Positions 33,876-43,080 of a stretch of DNA of 64,000 bases are shown here, piece by piece. The DNA comes from an uncultured Thermoanaerobaculia bacterium. GTDB lineage: Bacteria > Acidobacteriota > Thermoanaerobaculia > Thermoanaerobaculales > Sulfomarinibacteraceae. Made by a program: the position numbers and the translations under genes. The stretch spans positions 14,791 through 78,790 of the forward strand of contig CAYTJW010000001.1 in assembly GCA_964438135.1 (NCBI GenBank), given 5' to 3'. The notes beneath the pieces are model-generated. The model did no database searches. It was not told where the DNA came from and saw only the letters and a list, made by a program, of their open reading frames with translations. Every line of letters begins with the position of its first letter. Within the stretch, counting starts at the first letter, position 1.

Positions 33876-34526
33876 CTACATGGGCCAGACGGAGAACTGG
33901 CTCCGCTTGTCAAGAGGCTCAGGGATCTCGCTGAACCAGAAGATGCGCTGCTTCGCGTAGCACACGCCGCGCCGATTCGACCGCCGGGTCTTGATCGCGC
34001 CCTTCCATTCGTAGTAGGAGTGCCTGTGGTTATCCATGGCGATCACCTTGCCGTAGCGCAGGAACTCGATCGCGTAGGACATTGCCGCCAGAAGCGGGTC
34101 GTCGCTGTGAACAGGCGGGGAAACGATGCGGGCTCCGATGTTCGCATCGAAGCTCTTGAGGTTGTCCCCGTTGGCGAGGATCGAACAGTCCGCCGGCAGC
34201 ATCCCGTGCTTCTCGATGATCGACGAAAACGGAGCAACGTCCACGCCCTGAATCCAGATGTGCGTGAACTTCTCCTGCTGGAGATACCAGCTTTCGAGCA
34301 TGGCGAGTCCGGCGCTGTTGATTCCCATGGTGTATGGGACAAGGCCACGGCTCAAGGCTGACCGCCTGATCAGGTCGGTCGCAACGGCCCATCCCGCGTG
34401 TGAGTCGTTGACGATGATGCAGACCCGATTGTCACCCTGCCCATCTGTCGTTGGAAAAGTCATCCTGGATCTGCGCGTCAGTGGTTTGCTCAGCGCGTAT
34501 GCGCGCTGCTTCTTTGTCTCGTCCAT
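33876..34526 (-). CDS. Hypothetical protein (216 aa)
   Basis: AGGAGGAA RBS. DSH, GD and DNH motifs are loosely metallophosphoesterase-like, but the spacing is atypical. Confidence 0.6.
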   Translation of the reverse strand: MDETKKQRAYALSKPLTRRSRMTFPTTDGQGDNRVCIIVNDSHAGWAVATDLIRRSALSRGLVPYTMGINSAGLAMLESWYLQQEKFTHIWIQGVDVAPFSSIIEKHGMLPADCSILANGDNLKSFDANIGARIVSPPVHSDDPLLAAMSYAIEFLRYGKVIAMDNHRHSYYEWKGAIKTRRSNRRGVCYAKQRIFWFSEIPEPLDKRSQFSVWPM

Positions 34527-34839
34527 GTCTTTTCCTCCTGTATGTGAGAGAGTGGTTGATCTTGCGCATCAGGTTGTACTGGAAAACAAGGAACCGGACT
34601 TCTCGATACCACGTTTCGTCGAACCTTGTTTCGCTTTTCCCGAAAGCCTTTGAGACAATATCCCTGGCTCGCACGAGTGATGTCTTCCCACCGCTCGTTA
34701 CCCGGTAGTAGTACCGCCCCCCTATGTCGAGCGGCATCCTCATTTTTCCTGGGAATACGCCGTGACCACGAACAAGCGCACGGACAAATCCAAGCCGGTT
34801 CACTTCCTCGCAGTCCGAGATCTTGACGAATCCGATCAT
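34432..34839 (-). CDS. NUMOD4/AP2-like DNA-binding protein without a recognisable nuclease domain (135 aa)
   Basis: ATGA overlap with the helicase stop. GGRYYYRVTSGGKTSLVRARDIVSKAFG pattern. 95-nt overlap with the next gene. Confidence 0.45.
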   Translation of the reverse strand: MIGFVKISDCEEVNRLGFVRALVRGHGVFPGKMRMPLDIGGRYYYRVTSGGKTSLVRARDIVSKAFGKSETRFDETWYREVRFLVFQYNLMRKINHSLTYRRKRHGRDKEAARIRAEQTTDAQIQDDFSNDRWAG

Positions 34840-36554
34840 GTCCACACCACCGCGTTGTGCCCGCCAGGGCTACACAGAATCAGCGTGTCCTTCGACCGTG
34901 TCATGCCGACATAGAACTGCCGGATGATGTCGTCGCGTTCCTCGCCATCACACATGTAGCCGTTCATCGACACCGGGGACAGGTCGGGGAACAGGACAAC
35001 CACGTCGGCCTCTCCACCCTTTACGCTATGGATCGTTCCGATGATGACCTTCGGCTTTTCGGCCAGCGCGGCAACGCCACGCTTGCGCAGAACATTGAGC
35101 GGGAACTTGAATGCGTCGGCCCTGCTCTTGAGCAGGTATGTCTCGAAGGCGTCAGCCTTCCCGTCGGCCACGTCGAACCGGAGCCAATCCCTTGCGACCG
35201 AGTTCATGTAGTCGCGCATGAACGGCGGCACTCTGTTCTGGTAGTATGGGTGCCGGACCTGCCCTTGCTCGTTCGTCAGTTCAGGGTCGCAGAGAAGCGC
35301 AAGCTGCTTCTTGAGATGCTTCTTCGATCTCCGCTCCTCGATCTTGGCGACGGCCAGGACTTCCATCCAGGATTTGAACTCGTCGATGCTCCAGAGCGGG
35401 TAGCCCGCTTCGTCGAAGTACACGGGGCCAGAGTTGTTTTGTGCCAGCTTGGCCCACTTCCGAATGTCAGGCTCCTTGTCCCCGAGCATGAAGTAGTCCA
35501 TCAGTCTTCCGAGCGCGGTCTTACGGCCCTCCGTGCTACGGCGCATCGGATTCCAATCCCCTCTTTTCACACGGTAGGGGTTGTGCCATGGGATGCCCCG
35601 CTCATAGAGCGTAGCCTTGATGGGGTCGAGCATGTAGGAGCAGGAGGTCAGGAGCATGACTGTCTTGCCCTTCTCCGTGTACTGCTCACAGATGTCCGCG
35701 ATCATGTCGCCCTGGCGGTAGTTTGCGCTGTGGTACTCGACATAGCCGCCTTCGCTGCACGGCTCTATAATCTTCGGCTCCCGGTCCTCTATCTGCTCGA
35801 TCCACTGCGTAGCCTTGCGCACGATCGCGGACGGCAGACGCCAGCTATACTGGAGGAAATCTTTGTGGTCTGCCGGGCCATGCAGAAATGTTTTGTTGTC
35901 GCCGCCCTTGAACCCGTAGATAGCCTGATCATCATCGCCGACCAGAATGACCTGCTCCATGCTCTCGGCCCACCGCATGACCAGGGCCATCTCCAGGCGT
36001 GTGAAGTCCTGGGCCTCGTCGATGAACGCGATCCGAGGACTCCCCGGGGCAACAGGGTACAGTTCCAGCGCGTCTTCGATCAGCGAGGTAAAGTCGATCA
36101 GGTCGTTCCTTTTGCACCACTCGCGCCACGCTCCGGCGAAACCTATGACCTCTTGCCCCCAATGGTTCTCTGGCACCATTCGTGCGCGGAGAACCTGGAA
36201 CTCGTGCATGAGCGCGTTGCCGCCGCCGCCCATGACCACGCCGGAGTTCGGGTCATCCGGGTCCACGCCGTTGTCGAACGTGATCGCGTAGTCCGGGTAC
36301 TGTTCGTTGAAGTCCTTGATCTTGGACTCGGCTATCTTGGGCTGGCCCTGCGATCTCCAACACAGGGCATGGAGCGTTCCAACATTGCAGTCAGGGACCG
36401 GAAGATCTCTGGACACAAGCTCCCTGGCTGCGCCACGGGTGAAGCTGGCGACCATGATCTCCGATGGATCGTACCTCTCCGTGGCCTTGCGGATCTCGCC
36501 AACAAGGTGCGTTGTTTTTCCTGTGCCCGGCGGGCCGAAGATCTTGCGGATCAC
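34836..36554 (-). CDS. SF1 (UvrD/PcrA-like) DNA helicase (572 aa, GTG start)
   Basis: Walker A GPPGTGKTT, Walker B FIDEAQDF, GDDDQAIYGFKGG, TIHSVKGGEADVV. Confidence 0.85.
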   Translation of the reverse strand: MIRKIFGPPGTGKTTHLVGEIRKATERYDPSEIMVASFTRGAARELVSRDLPVPDCNVGTLHALCWRSQGQPKIAESKIKDFNEQYPDYAITFDNGVDPDDPNSGVVMGGGGNALMHEFQVLRARMVPENHWGQEVIGFAGAWREWCKRNDLIDFTSLIEDALELYPVAPGSPRIAFIDEAQDFTRLEMALVMRWAESMEQVILVGDDDQAIYGFKGGDNKTFLHGPADHKDFLQYSWRLPSAIVRKATQWIEQIEDREPKIIEPCSEGGYVEYHSANYRQGDMIADICEQYTEKGKTVMLLTSCSYMLDPIKATLYERGIPWHNPYRVKRGDWNPMRRSTEGRKTALGRLMDYFMLGDKEPDIRKWAKLAQNNSGPVYFDEAGYPLWSIDEFKSWMEVLAVAKIEERRSKKHLKKQLALLCDPELTNEQGQVRHPYYQNRVPPFMRDYMNSVARDWLRFDVADGKADAFETYLLKSRADAFKFPLNVLRKRGVAALAEKPKVIIGTIHSVKGGEADVVVLFPDLSPVSMNGYMCDGEERDDIIRQFYVGMTRSKDTLILCSPGGHNAVVWT

Positions 36555-36724
36555 TTGTGCAGCCCCACGATGAACCCGATGGTAAGCAGCGCAAGGACTT
36601 CGACTGCCAGCAGCACAGGGGTCGGGATGTTCAGGTGAACACGTTCACCCACAGAGGCCCCTGCCGTCATAATCAGCGCCACAACCACGGCGTAGATCAT
36701 GGCCTTGATCAGTGTGTGTACCAT
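36551..36724 (-). CDS. 57-aa two-TM membrane protein
   Basis: GGGAGGAG RBS. Two hydrophobic helices. GTGA coupling to the helicase. Confidence 0.5.
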   Translation of the reverse strand: MVHTLIKAMIYAVVVALIMTAGASVGERVHLNIPTPVLLAVEVLALLTIGFIVGLHK

Positions 36725-36725
36725 C

Positions 36726-38405
36726 CTACTCCTCCCTTTTCGGTAGGAACCCGTTGAAGTCTTCCGGCAAGCTCCAGACATAGATGGTCGTCTTGATGCC
36801 GTTGATCGTGGCCGGGACCCTGTTCGCTTCGGCTCCCATCTGCGTCAGTTGCCGCCCGATTTCCTTGAGCCCCTTGTTCGTGAACAGCTTGGTGCGCATC
36901 CATGTTTGCAGGTGCAGCGCATAGATGTTGATGCGCCCCTTGTTCTCGAACGGTGTGCGCCTCTTGACCGCTACTTCCTTGTCCGTGATCTTCGTGTCCT
37001 GGAGGTAGTCGAACACCAGCATCTTCATCTCGCCGGCCTCGCTTCCCATGTCCCCTACGTCCACTTCCTCGCAGCAGTTGAGAAGCGTCTGAACCAGCAA
37101 GCGCCACTCGTCGGACTTGTAGTTCCTGATCGCCACACCACATGCGGCGGCCATGACGTAGCGGAACTGCGTCTGGCTCACGAGCTTGTCCACGCCCTTG
37201 AGCGTGATGACGCCGCGTTCAGTGGATAGGCTGTACTCGGGCGGGTCGCTGTTGAACTTCTTGATCCCGGTGACTTTCACACCGAATGTGTCCGACACGA
37301 TGTTGAGGCTTCTTTCCCTGCGTTGCTCGGGAGTCTCGTCGGGCCTCTCAGCGTGTTCAGACGCTAGGGTTTCCGAAAGCTGCGAGATCGCCCGGTCATG
37401 CTTGCTTGCCTCGATCGCCCTCGCGACTGTGCTGGAATAGTAGTCTGGACGGTGCAGCTTGAGGTCGTACTCGTACTTCCTCCGATGGCAGATCAGGAGG
37501 TTGCAGATGTCCTGCGGGGACCATCCGGCATGAGCGGCGAACAGCGCCAGGGACAGGTCCCACCCGGACGCGCTCGTGTCCTTGAGCCCACGGCGCTTGT
37601 GTGCCCATGTCGCAGCGAACTTCTCGTTGTTCTCGCTCAACGCCTCGAACTTATCCACGGGGTAAGACGCATCGGAGCGCAGCACGAGTCCGTCGATCCT
37701 CGCTTCTCTGATCCCGATCTTCTTCTCGGTCGTCGGGATCTCCGGGAGGAACTGCATGAAGTCGTCGGGGTTGTACCGCGCTTCGCTTTCCGAAATGATG
37801 CTGACCGGCTTGGGGTTCTTCGGGTCCTTGAGGTTCATGGTTCCAGGCACTCGCAGTACGCGGGCGAGGTCGAACGTGGAGTCGAGAGTCCACTCCTTTG
37901 CCGTGGCCTTGCTGCGCAGGAGGTAGCTCCATCGCTCCGAAAGATCTTCTGCCTGAATCCTCTCGTCCTCGTCGTCGAAAACCCACGGTTCCTTGAACAC
38001 CCAATAGACGTGCAGCCCATTCCCGCTGTGAACCACGATGCTCGGCTCAAGCGGCATCTCTTTCACAAGGGCGAGGGCGTCATCGAATGTCGGCGGAACC
38101 TTCTTCTTGTGTCCTTCCGTTCCGAAGTCAACGTCAGCCCACAGGCATCCGATGCACTTCGCCTCGGTGGCAGAAATCCTGCGCTTGGACGGCAGACCAT
38201 CAGGCCCCAAGGCGAGGCCGAAGTACACGTTCTGTCCCTGCTTCACGAGTGTGTTGATCTTGCCCTGCGGCGGGATCGCGTTGAACCATCTCGACTTCTT
38301 ATCCAGGCACCAGATGCACAGACTGGTGCCCTCCGGGATGTCTCCGAAGATCGTTCGCAGAAACTCCTCGGATGTGCGTTCCATGTTCACTACGCTGACC
38401 GCCAT
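36726..38405 (-). CDS. Bifunctional DNA primase-polymerase (PrimPol) with a C-terminal extension (559 aa)
   Basis: LWADVDF (DxD) and HSGNGLHVYWVF (sGxGxH) motifs. AAGGGGAG RBS. Confidence 0.8.
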   Translation of the reverse strand: MAVSVVNMERTSEEFLRTIFGDIPEGTSLCIWCLDKKSRWFNAIPPQGKINTLVKQGQNVYFGLALGPDGLPSKRRISATEAKCIGCLWADVDFGTEGHKKKVPPTFDDALALVKEMPLEPSIVVHSGNGLHVYWVFKEPWVFDDEDERIQAEDLSERWSYLLRSKATAKEWTLDSTFDLARVLRVPGTMNLKDPKNPKPVSIISESEARYNPDDFMQFLPEIPTTEKKIGIREARIDGLVLRSDASYPVDKFEALSENNEKFAATWAHKRRGLKDTSASGWDLSLALFAAHAGWSPQDICNLLICHRRKYEYDLKLHRPDYYSSTVARAIEASKHDRAISQLSETLASEHAERPDETPEQRRERSLNIVSDTFGVKVTGIKKFNSDPPEYSLSTERGVITLKGVDKLVSQTQFRYVMAAACGVAIRNYKSDEWRLLVQTLLNCCEEVDVGDMGSEAGEMKMLVFDYLQDTKITDKEVAVKRRTPFENKGRINIYALHLQTWMRTKLFTNKGLKEIGRQLTQMGAEANRVPATINGIKTTIYVWSLPEDFNGFLPKREE

Positions 38406-38410
38406 GTCGC

Positions 38411-38452
38411 GCTCCCCTTGGTGCGCCGGGGAGCATCGCTACTCCCCGGCGC
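38411..38452 (-). promoter_or_regulatory. Alternative RNA hairpins overlapping the PrimPol Shine-Dalgarno sequence
   Basis: An 11-bp stem GCGCCGGGGAG/CTCCCCGGCGC competes with a 7-bp GCTCCCC/GGGGAGC pairing that would occlude the SD. Confidence 0.35.
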
Positions 38453-38465
38453 TTCGCATGTGCTG

Positions 38466-39200
38466 TTACTTCTGGTCGTACTCGACCCGGACGCTCTTGA
38501 GGTAGGGGACGATCTTGTCGCGGAAGCCGCTCATGGCCGCGACCTCGACGTTGGACAGGACGCGAACGAGAGAGAACGTGGCCTTGTTGTAGTCCACGTT
38601 GCCCTTGCTCTTGTCCTGCTCCAGGCCGATGCGCACGATCACGCCGTAGTACGGCAGGGCCTTGTTGGTCAGGGCGGTCATGAAGTTGCGGTAGTTGATC
38701 AGGCTGGTGGGCGGCAGATCCAGGTAGCAGGGGATGATGGCCCCCTCGCGCATGAGGAAGATGCGACGCATGAGCTTGCAAGCCTGACGCCGCCCGTCGC
38801 TGGCGCTGCCGAACTTGGCCTTCGGGCACACGTCGCAGTCGCCGCCGATCTCCGTATCTTCGCCGACGTACTCGGCGTTGATCACGCCGTTGACGGCGTC
38901 GGGAGAGGAGCAGTCGGGAGCGGTGACGCCGCCGTCCTCCATGGACTTCTCCCACCACGCCCGGTGCTGATGCTGGTAGATGATGATCGCTTCGATGCTG
39001 GTGAGATGCTTCGGCCCTTCGAGTTCGCTGATCTCGAACGCCTTGCTCTTGCCGGACGGCATGACGATGCGGAGAAGCTGGTTCGCGGTGATCTGCTCAC
39101 CGCCCAGGTTCTCCTGCATGATCGCCATGGTGGCTTCACGGTTGGTGCCCAAGACGGGCAGGAACTCCTGGGGCTTGGGGGTGCTTTCTTCGCCGACCAT
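38466..39200 (-). CDS. Hypothetical protein with a Cys cluster (244 aa)
   Basis: AGGAGG RBS. PDCSSPD...CDVCP...ACK cluster. Confidence 0.65.
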   Translation of the reverse strand: MVGEESTPKPQEFLPVLGTNREATMAIMQENLGGEQITANQLLRIVMPSGKSKAFEISELEGPKHLTSIEAIIIYQHQHRAWWEKSMEDGGVTAPDCSSPDAVNGVINAEYVGEDTEIGGDCDVCPKAKFGSASDGRRQACKLMRRIFLMREGAIIPCYLDLPPTSLINYRNFMTALTNKALPYYGVIVRIGLEQDKSKGNVDYNKATFSLVRVLSNVEVAAMSGFRDKIVPYLKSVRVEYDQK

Positions 39201-39209
39201 GTGAACCTC

Positions 39210-39443
39210 CTAATGCAGCTTGGTGTTTCCCGGCGCAGCCACAACGGTTTCGCCGGAGACTTCATCCAGGACCATATGAAGCAGATTCGTGAACTCTTGG
39301 ACAGTTGCGTTGGTCTTGCTCTTGATGAACGACTTGCCGTTCTTGTCCATGACGCCGATGACGACCGCGACGCGCTTGTACCTCCCTACCAGTTCTTGCG
39401 CTGCATCGTCCAGAGTCTCCTCGACATCATCGTACTTGCCCAT
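39210..39443 (-). CDS. Hypothetical protein (77 aa)
   Basis: TGATG coupling to the upstream gene. Confidence 0.55.
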   Translation of the reverse strand: MGKYDDVEETLDDAAQELVGRYKRVAVVIGVMDKNGKSFIKSKTNATVQEFTNLLHMVLDEVSGETVVAAPGNTKLH

Positions 39444-39880
39444 CACAGCCCCCGCGCACCGAGCCGGGTGTGTTCCGAGATCTCGGTGAAGGCCATGACC
39501 TCGGGGCCGAGGGCGGCGATGGCTTCCTCGACGGTGAGTTCTTCGGGCTTGCTGCCGGACTCCATGAGCATGTTCTTGATGAAGGTCCGCATGGACTGGT
39601 AGTTCACGGAAACGAGGGTGCCGTGGCCGGACTCCTCCAGGTACTTGACGGCGTTCTCCATCATGCCTTCCTTGACCCTGCCATCGACGGACCTGGACAG
39701 ATAGACCTGGGCTCCGTCGGCAGTCTTCATCTGCTGCATCCCTTCATCCACCATGGCGTTGAGCAGAAGCTCCTCTTTCTTCTTGAGGTCGGCTTCCGCT
39801 TCGGCGAGGATCTTCTTCTTCGCGTTGATCTCTCGCTTGGTGGCGACATAGTCATCGAAGTAACGCTTGAGTTCGGACAT
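39443..39880 (-). CDS. Gp157-like coiled-coil protein (145 aa)
   Basis: AGGAGGAG RBS. The N-terminal coiled coil followed by an alpha/beta part resembles Sipho_Gp157. Confidence 0.45.
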   Translation of the reverse strand: MSELKRYFDDYVATKREINAKKKILAEAEADLKKKEELLLNAMVDEGMQQMKTADGAQVYLSRSVDGRVKEGMMENAVKYLEESGHGTLVSVNYQSMRTFIKNMLMESGSKPEELTVEEAIAALGPEVMAFTEISEHTRLGARGL

Positions 39881-39903
39881 GGCTCCTCCTGGTTGTTTTT
39901 CAG

Positions 39904-40233
39904 TTAAGCATCAAGGCGCGGGCGCAGCGCCAACCACTTGACGACTTGTTCTTCCGTGATTCCGGTGCGAGGTCTGCACCATTCCTCCCATGTCGTGTAC
40001 AGGAAAGGATGTCCCGGCCTGGGCCGGACCTTGATCTTGACGCCGTCCTTGATCCTGTTGATCTTGATGCCGAGCTTTTCCCACTTCTGGTAGGTCGATG
40101 CGTTGACGCACAGTATGTGTGCTGCGGCTTGCAGGGATATCCCGAGGGAGTTTCTCCACTTCCACAACGGCCCCGCCTCTTTCCATGCGTTCATGCACCG
40201 ATTGAACTTCTGGACGCGCTCACTCGCTTCCAT
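39904..40233 (-). CDS. Helix-turn-helix (XRE-like) DNA-binding protein (109 aa)
   Basis: WRNSLGISLQAAAHILCVNASTYQKWE HTH pattern. Start overlaps the SNF2 3' end. Confidence 0.6.
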   Translation of the reverse strand: MEASERVQKFNRCMNAWKEAGPLWKWRNSLGISLQAAAHILCVNASTYQKWEKLGIKINRIKDGVKIKVRPRPGHPFLYTTWEEWCRPRTGITEEQVVKWLALRPRLDA

Positions 40234-41626
40234 ACTTCCCTTCCTGAATGCTGGTGATGATGCCCTCGACAATGCGTTCGTTGCGCTCGAACCGTTTGTA
40301 GCACTCCTCGTCAACCGTGCCCTCGGCAACGAAGTGGTAGTACGTCACGGGGCGCTTCTGCCCCGGGCGTCTGATTCTGAACCTGCTTTGCTTGTAGTCT
40401 CCGAGGCTGACGCCGGCAGAGTAGTAGATCGCGTACCGCGCTTTCGTGAGGTCGATCCCTTCCTTGCCGCTTTGGATGTTGCAGATCAGGGTGTTCGCCT
40501 CGCCGCTTTCAAAGAGCGGAAGCTCGTCAGCGTGTGCGCCGTCGAGCGTGGCGCATCTGCGCTCGCCGGCCAGTGCCGTTCTGATGTCGTCAGCGTCCAT
40601 CCTGAACCGTGTGAAGATCACGACCGATTCGCTGTCCGGGATGTCGCTCATGAAGTCGCAGAGCGCCTTGATCTTTTCCGAGCCGATCCTCGCCTCGACC
40701 CCCTCACCCATCTTCCCAATGCCCGAGGCGATCTGGCTCAGCCGCAAGACCTTGACCATGGCGTTTGCCGCAGTGATCGTGCCGTTGCGTACGTCGGCAA
40801 CGAACTCATCCTCCATCTGCTTGTAAATCTTGCGCGTCGCGCTTTCGAGAGGAACTCTGATGACCGTGTCGCTGTACTCCGGGAGATCCAGCACGTCATC
40901 GCTGCGCACGACGTACAGGTAGGGCGAGAGTTTCTCCTGGAGTTCGTCGAGATTCCTGTACCCGATGATCATGTTCTGAACCACGGGGTTCAGGACGGCA
41001 TAGCGTTCGCGGTAGGCGGTGAACGACATGCCGAACACGTTCGGGGCCACGAACCGCATCTGCCCGAAGGGGTCCATGGGGGAGTGCGGCATGAAGGTTC
41101 CTGTCAGCCCCAGGCGAAGCCCCTGCCCGCCGCGTCCATAGACCCGGTTGTGCGCCAGCTTGAACAGGGACTTGGACTGCGTCGAGTTGTGGGCCTTCAC
41201 ACGATGGGACTCGTCGGCCACGATTGCCCCCCACTCGACGCCGCAGAGGAGCCGGAACATGGCCTCCCTCCAGTACGCCTCGTAGTTGATCGCGACCAGA
41301 TAGGGCTGCCCCTTACGCTCACAGGATGCCATCTCTTTCGCCAGGATTTGGGCCTTGGACGCAACGGAGCGGCTCCCCTGGGCTGTGAGTACCCGGAGGT
41401 CCCCGTTCGTGTGCGTACGGGCCTGATACTCCCAAACGCCCATCACGATCTTGGGGCAGAGGACCAGGGTACGCATGGAGCCCACCCGGTCTATGGCCGC
41501 AAAGGTCGTCGCGGTCTTGCCCGTGCCCATCTCCATCGCCAGGATGGCCTTGCCCTGATCGACATAGGGCATGGCTTCTTCCTGGTGCTTCCAAAGCCTT
41601 GAGCGAAGTATTCCCAACGGTTTCAT
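40220..41626 (-). CDS. SNF2-family (DEAD/DEAH-like) helicase (468 aa from ATG 41626)
   Basis: Motif I MGTGKT, motif II ADESHR, C-terminal helicase domain. Confidence 0.85.
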   Translation of the reverse strand: MKPLGILRSRLWKHQEEAMPYVDQGKAILAMEMGTGKTATTFAAIDRVGSMRTLVLCPKIVMGVWEYQARTHTNGDLRVLTAQGSRSVASKAQILAKEMASCERKGQPYLVAINYEAYWREAMFRLLCGVEWGAIVADESHRVKAHNSTQSKSLFKLAHNRVYGRGGQGLRLGLTGTFMPHSPMDPFGQMRFVAPNVFGMSFTAYRERYAVLNPVVQNMIIGYRNLDELQEKLSPYLYVVRSDDVLDLPEYSDTVIRVPLESATRKIYKQMEDEFVADVRNGTITAANAMVKVLRLSQIASGIGKMGEGVEARIGSEKIKALCDFMSDIPDSESVVIFTRFRMDADDIRTALAGERRCATLDGAHADELPLFESGEANTLICNIQSGKEGIDLTKARYAIYYSAGVSLGDYKQSRFRIRRPGQKRPVTYYHFVAEGTVDEECYKRFERNERIVEGIITSIQEGKYGSE

Positions 41627-41665
41627 GGCAACACCTTTACCCCATATTTTCATTGATGGTCAAGC

Positions 41666-41704
41666 AAAAAAAAGGGGGCCTGGACAGTGCGAATCCAGGC
41701 CCCC
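41666..41704 (-). terminator. Canonical intrinsic terminator inside the early region
   Basis: 11-bp perfect stem GGGGGCCTGGA/TCCAGGCCCCC followed on the minus strand by T8. Confidence 0.8.
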
Positions 41705-41731
41705 TTGCAGGGGTGAGCCGGCGGTGCCGGC

Positions 41732-41956
41732 CTACTTGGTGGCGTTGGCGATGAGGTTCTCGATCTTGGCCAGGTAGTCCACCTTGTCGAAGGCCGGGTG
41801 GTCGGGCCACTGGCCGACGGCGTCCTTGTAGCTGACCAGGGCCTTCTTCACGATCTCCTTGTCGCTGGCGGTCATGCGGTACGGCTTGGGGGCGTTGGGG
41901 TCACGGGGCTTCTTCGGGGCCTTCGTGGTCTTCTGGTCCTTCTTGTCCTCAGCCAT
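41732..41956 (-). CDS. 74-aa protein with a Lys/Pro-rich N-terminus
   Basis: AAGGAGG RBS. Flanked by a candidate promoter and a strong terminator. Confidence 0.65.
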   Translation of the reverse strand: MAEDKKDQKTTKAPKKPRDPNAPKPYRMTASDKEIVKKALVSYKDAVGQWPDHPAFDKVDYLAKIENLIANATK

Positions 41957-41996
41957 GGGAAACCTCCTTGATGCGGTTGTGGGTTGATGAATCTTC

Positions 41997-42025
41997 ACTA
42001 TGTCAGACGTTTCCGACTTTGTAAA
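41997..42025 (-). promoter_or_regulatory. Candidate sigma70-like promoter, TTTACA-17-CATAGT
   Basis: Hexamers read on the minus strand in the 77-bp gap upstream of the 74-aa gene. Confidence 0.35.
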
Positions 42026-42033
42026 CCTCCTCG

Positions 42034-43080
42034 CTACACCGCCTCGGCGACGATCCTTCCGCCAACGGAGAGAAGCTCCATGGAGCGGTCGTAGTCCTCG
42101 ATCTGGCCTGCGTACTGCGTCACCGCGTTCGCCAGGGACCAGACGTTGGAGCCGTCGCGTTCCATGTTCATCTCCATGATGGTCTGGATCTTCTCGGCCT
42201 CGAACTTGATCACGTTGAACTTCTGCTCCAGGATCTTCGGGGCGTCGTCCACTTCCACCTTCTGCTCGGCGGCGCTGCGCATGGCGGACACCATGTTGTT
42301 GAAGCCGTCGGGCTCGATGCAAGCCCGCACCATGTCGCGGACCTTCATGAAGAACGCCCTGTCGTCGGCCTTGATGGTTTCCTGGGAGAAGATCTCCATG
42401 GACTCGTCGTCCAGGGTGCGACCGACGTGGAACTTGCGCTTGCCCATGCTCGTCATGATCATGCCGTTGGTGCAGACGAGGCGGGTGAAGAACGGGTAGA
42501 CGCCCAGGCTCGACGCGCCGACCTCGGAGTTCTTGATCACGAAGCCGGCGTGGATCTCGTCGCCCGGCCTGACCTCGGCACGGAGGCTCGGGACGCCAAT
42601 GGCGAGGTAGAGGCTCTGCTCCGTGACGTTGGCGCTGGCGACCTCGTAGGGCACGTTGAGTTCGTTGTTCGCCAGGATCGGCAGGATGCCGTGGGCCAGG
42701 AGGGCGTCGTTGTCCAGGCGGCGGTAGCGGTCAGAGAGCATGGCCCGCATCGTGCCGCCCATGATGCGGATCATCCGGCGCTCGTTCTCGGTCATCAGGA
42801 TCGAGTTCACGCACATCTTGTACACGTCGGGGTACTTGCTGCGGATGCGGTCGTAGAACTTCTTGGGAATGAGCGTCTTCGCCGCAAGCTGCCCGTGCGC
42901 GTACTCGTTGATCTGGAAGGCCCGCTCCTCCATGCCGTCGATGATCAGGAGCGGCTTGGTCTTGTCCGTCCCGTCGATGAGTCGCATCTTGCGGGTGTCG
43001 GTCACGATGTCGAGCTTCTGCTGCGACTGCTCCTGGACCTGCCTCGCCAGTTCGGTGATGGAAATGCCCTTGCGCATCAT
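42034..43080 (-). CDS. DUF932 (phage/plasmid-like) protein (348 aa)
   Basis: MLSDRYRRLDN ... GFVIKNSEVGASSLGVYPFFTRLVCTNGMI matches the DUF932 signature. Confidence 0.75.
   Translation of the reverse strand: MMRKGISITELARQVQEQSQQKLDIVTDTRKMRLIDGTDKTKPLLIIDGMEERAFQINEYAHGQLAAKTLIPKKFYDRIRSKYPDVYKMCVNSILMTENERRMIRIMGGTMRAMLSDRYRRLDNDALLAHGILPILANNELNVPYEVASANVTEQSLYLAIGVPSLRAEVRPGDEIHAGFVIKNSEVGASSLGVYPFFTRLVCTNGMIMTSMGKRKFHVGRTLDDESMEIFSQETIKADDRAFFMKVRDMVRACIEPDGFNNMVSAMRSAAEQKVEVDDAPKILEQKFNVIKFEAEKIQTIMEMNMERDGSNVWSLANAVTQYAGQIEDYDRSMELLSVGGRIVAEAV

Noticed and set aside
34857-41602. Long plus-strand ORFs (34857-36638, 37398-39602, 40103-41602) antisense to the helicase, PrimPol and SNF2 genes
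   Set aside because: The minus-strand products carry clear helicase and primase motifs. The plus-strand translations are Leu/Arg/Val/Gly-rich shadow sequence.
41627-41665. Promoter TTGACC just downstream of the 41666-41704 terminator, driving the SNF2 gene
   Set aside because: A good -35-like hexamer, but no acceptable -10 at 16-18 nt spacing, so it is left unannotated.
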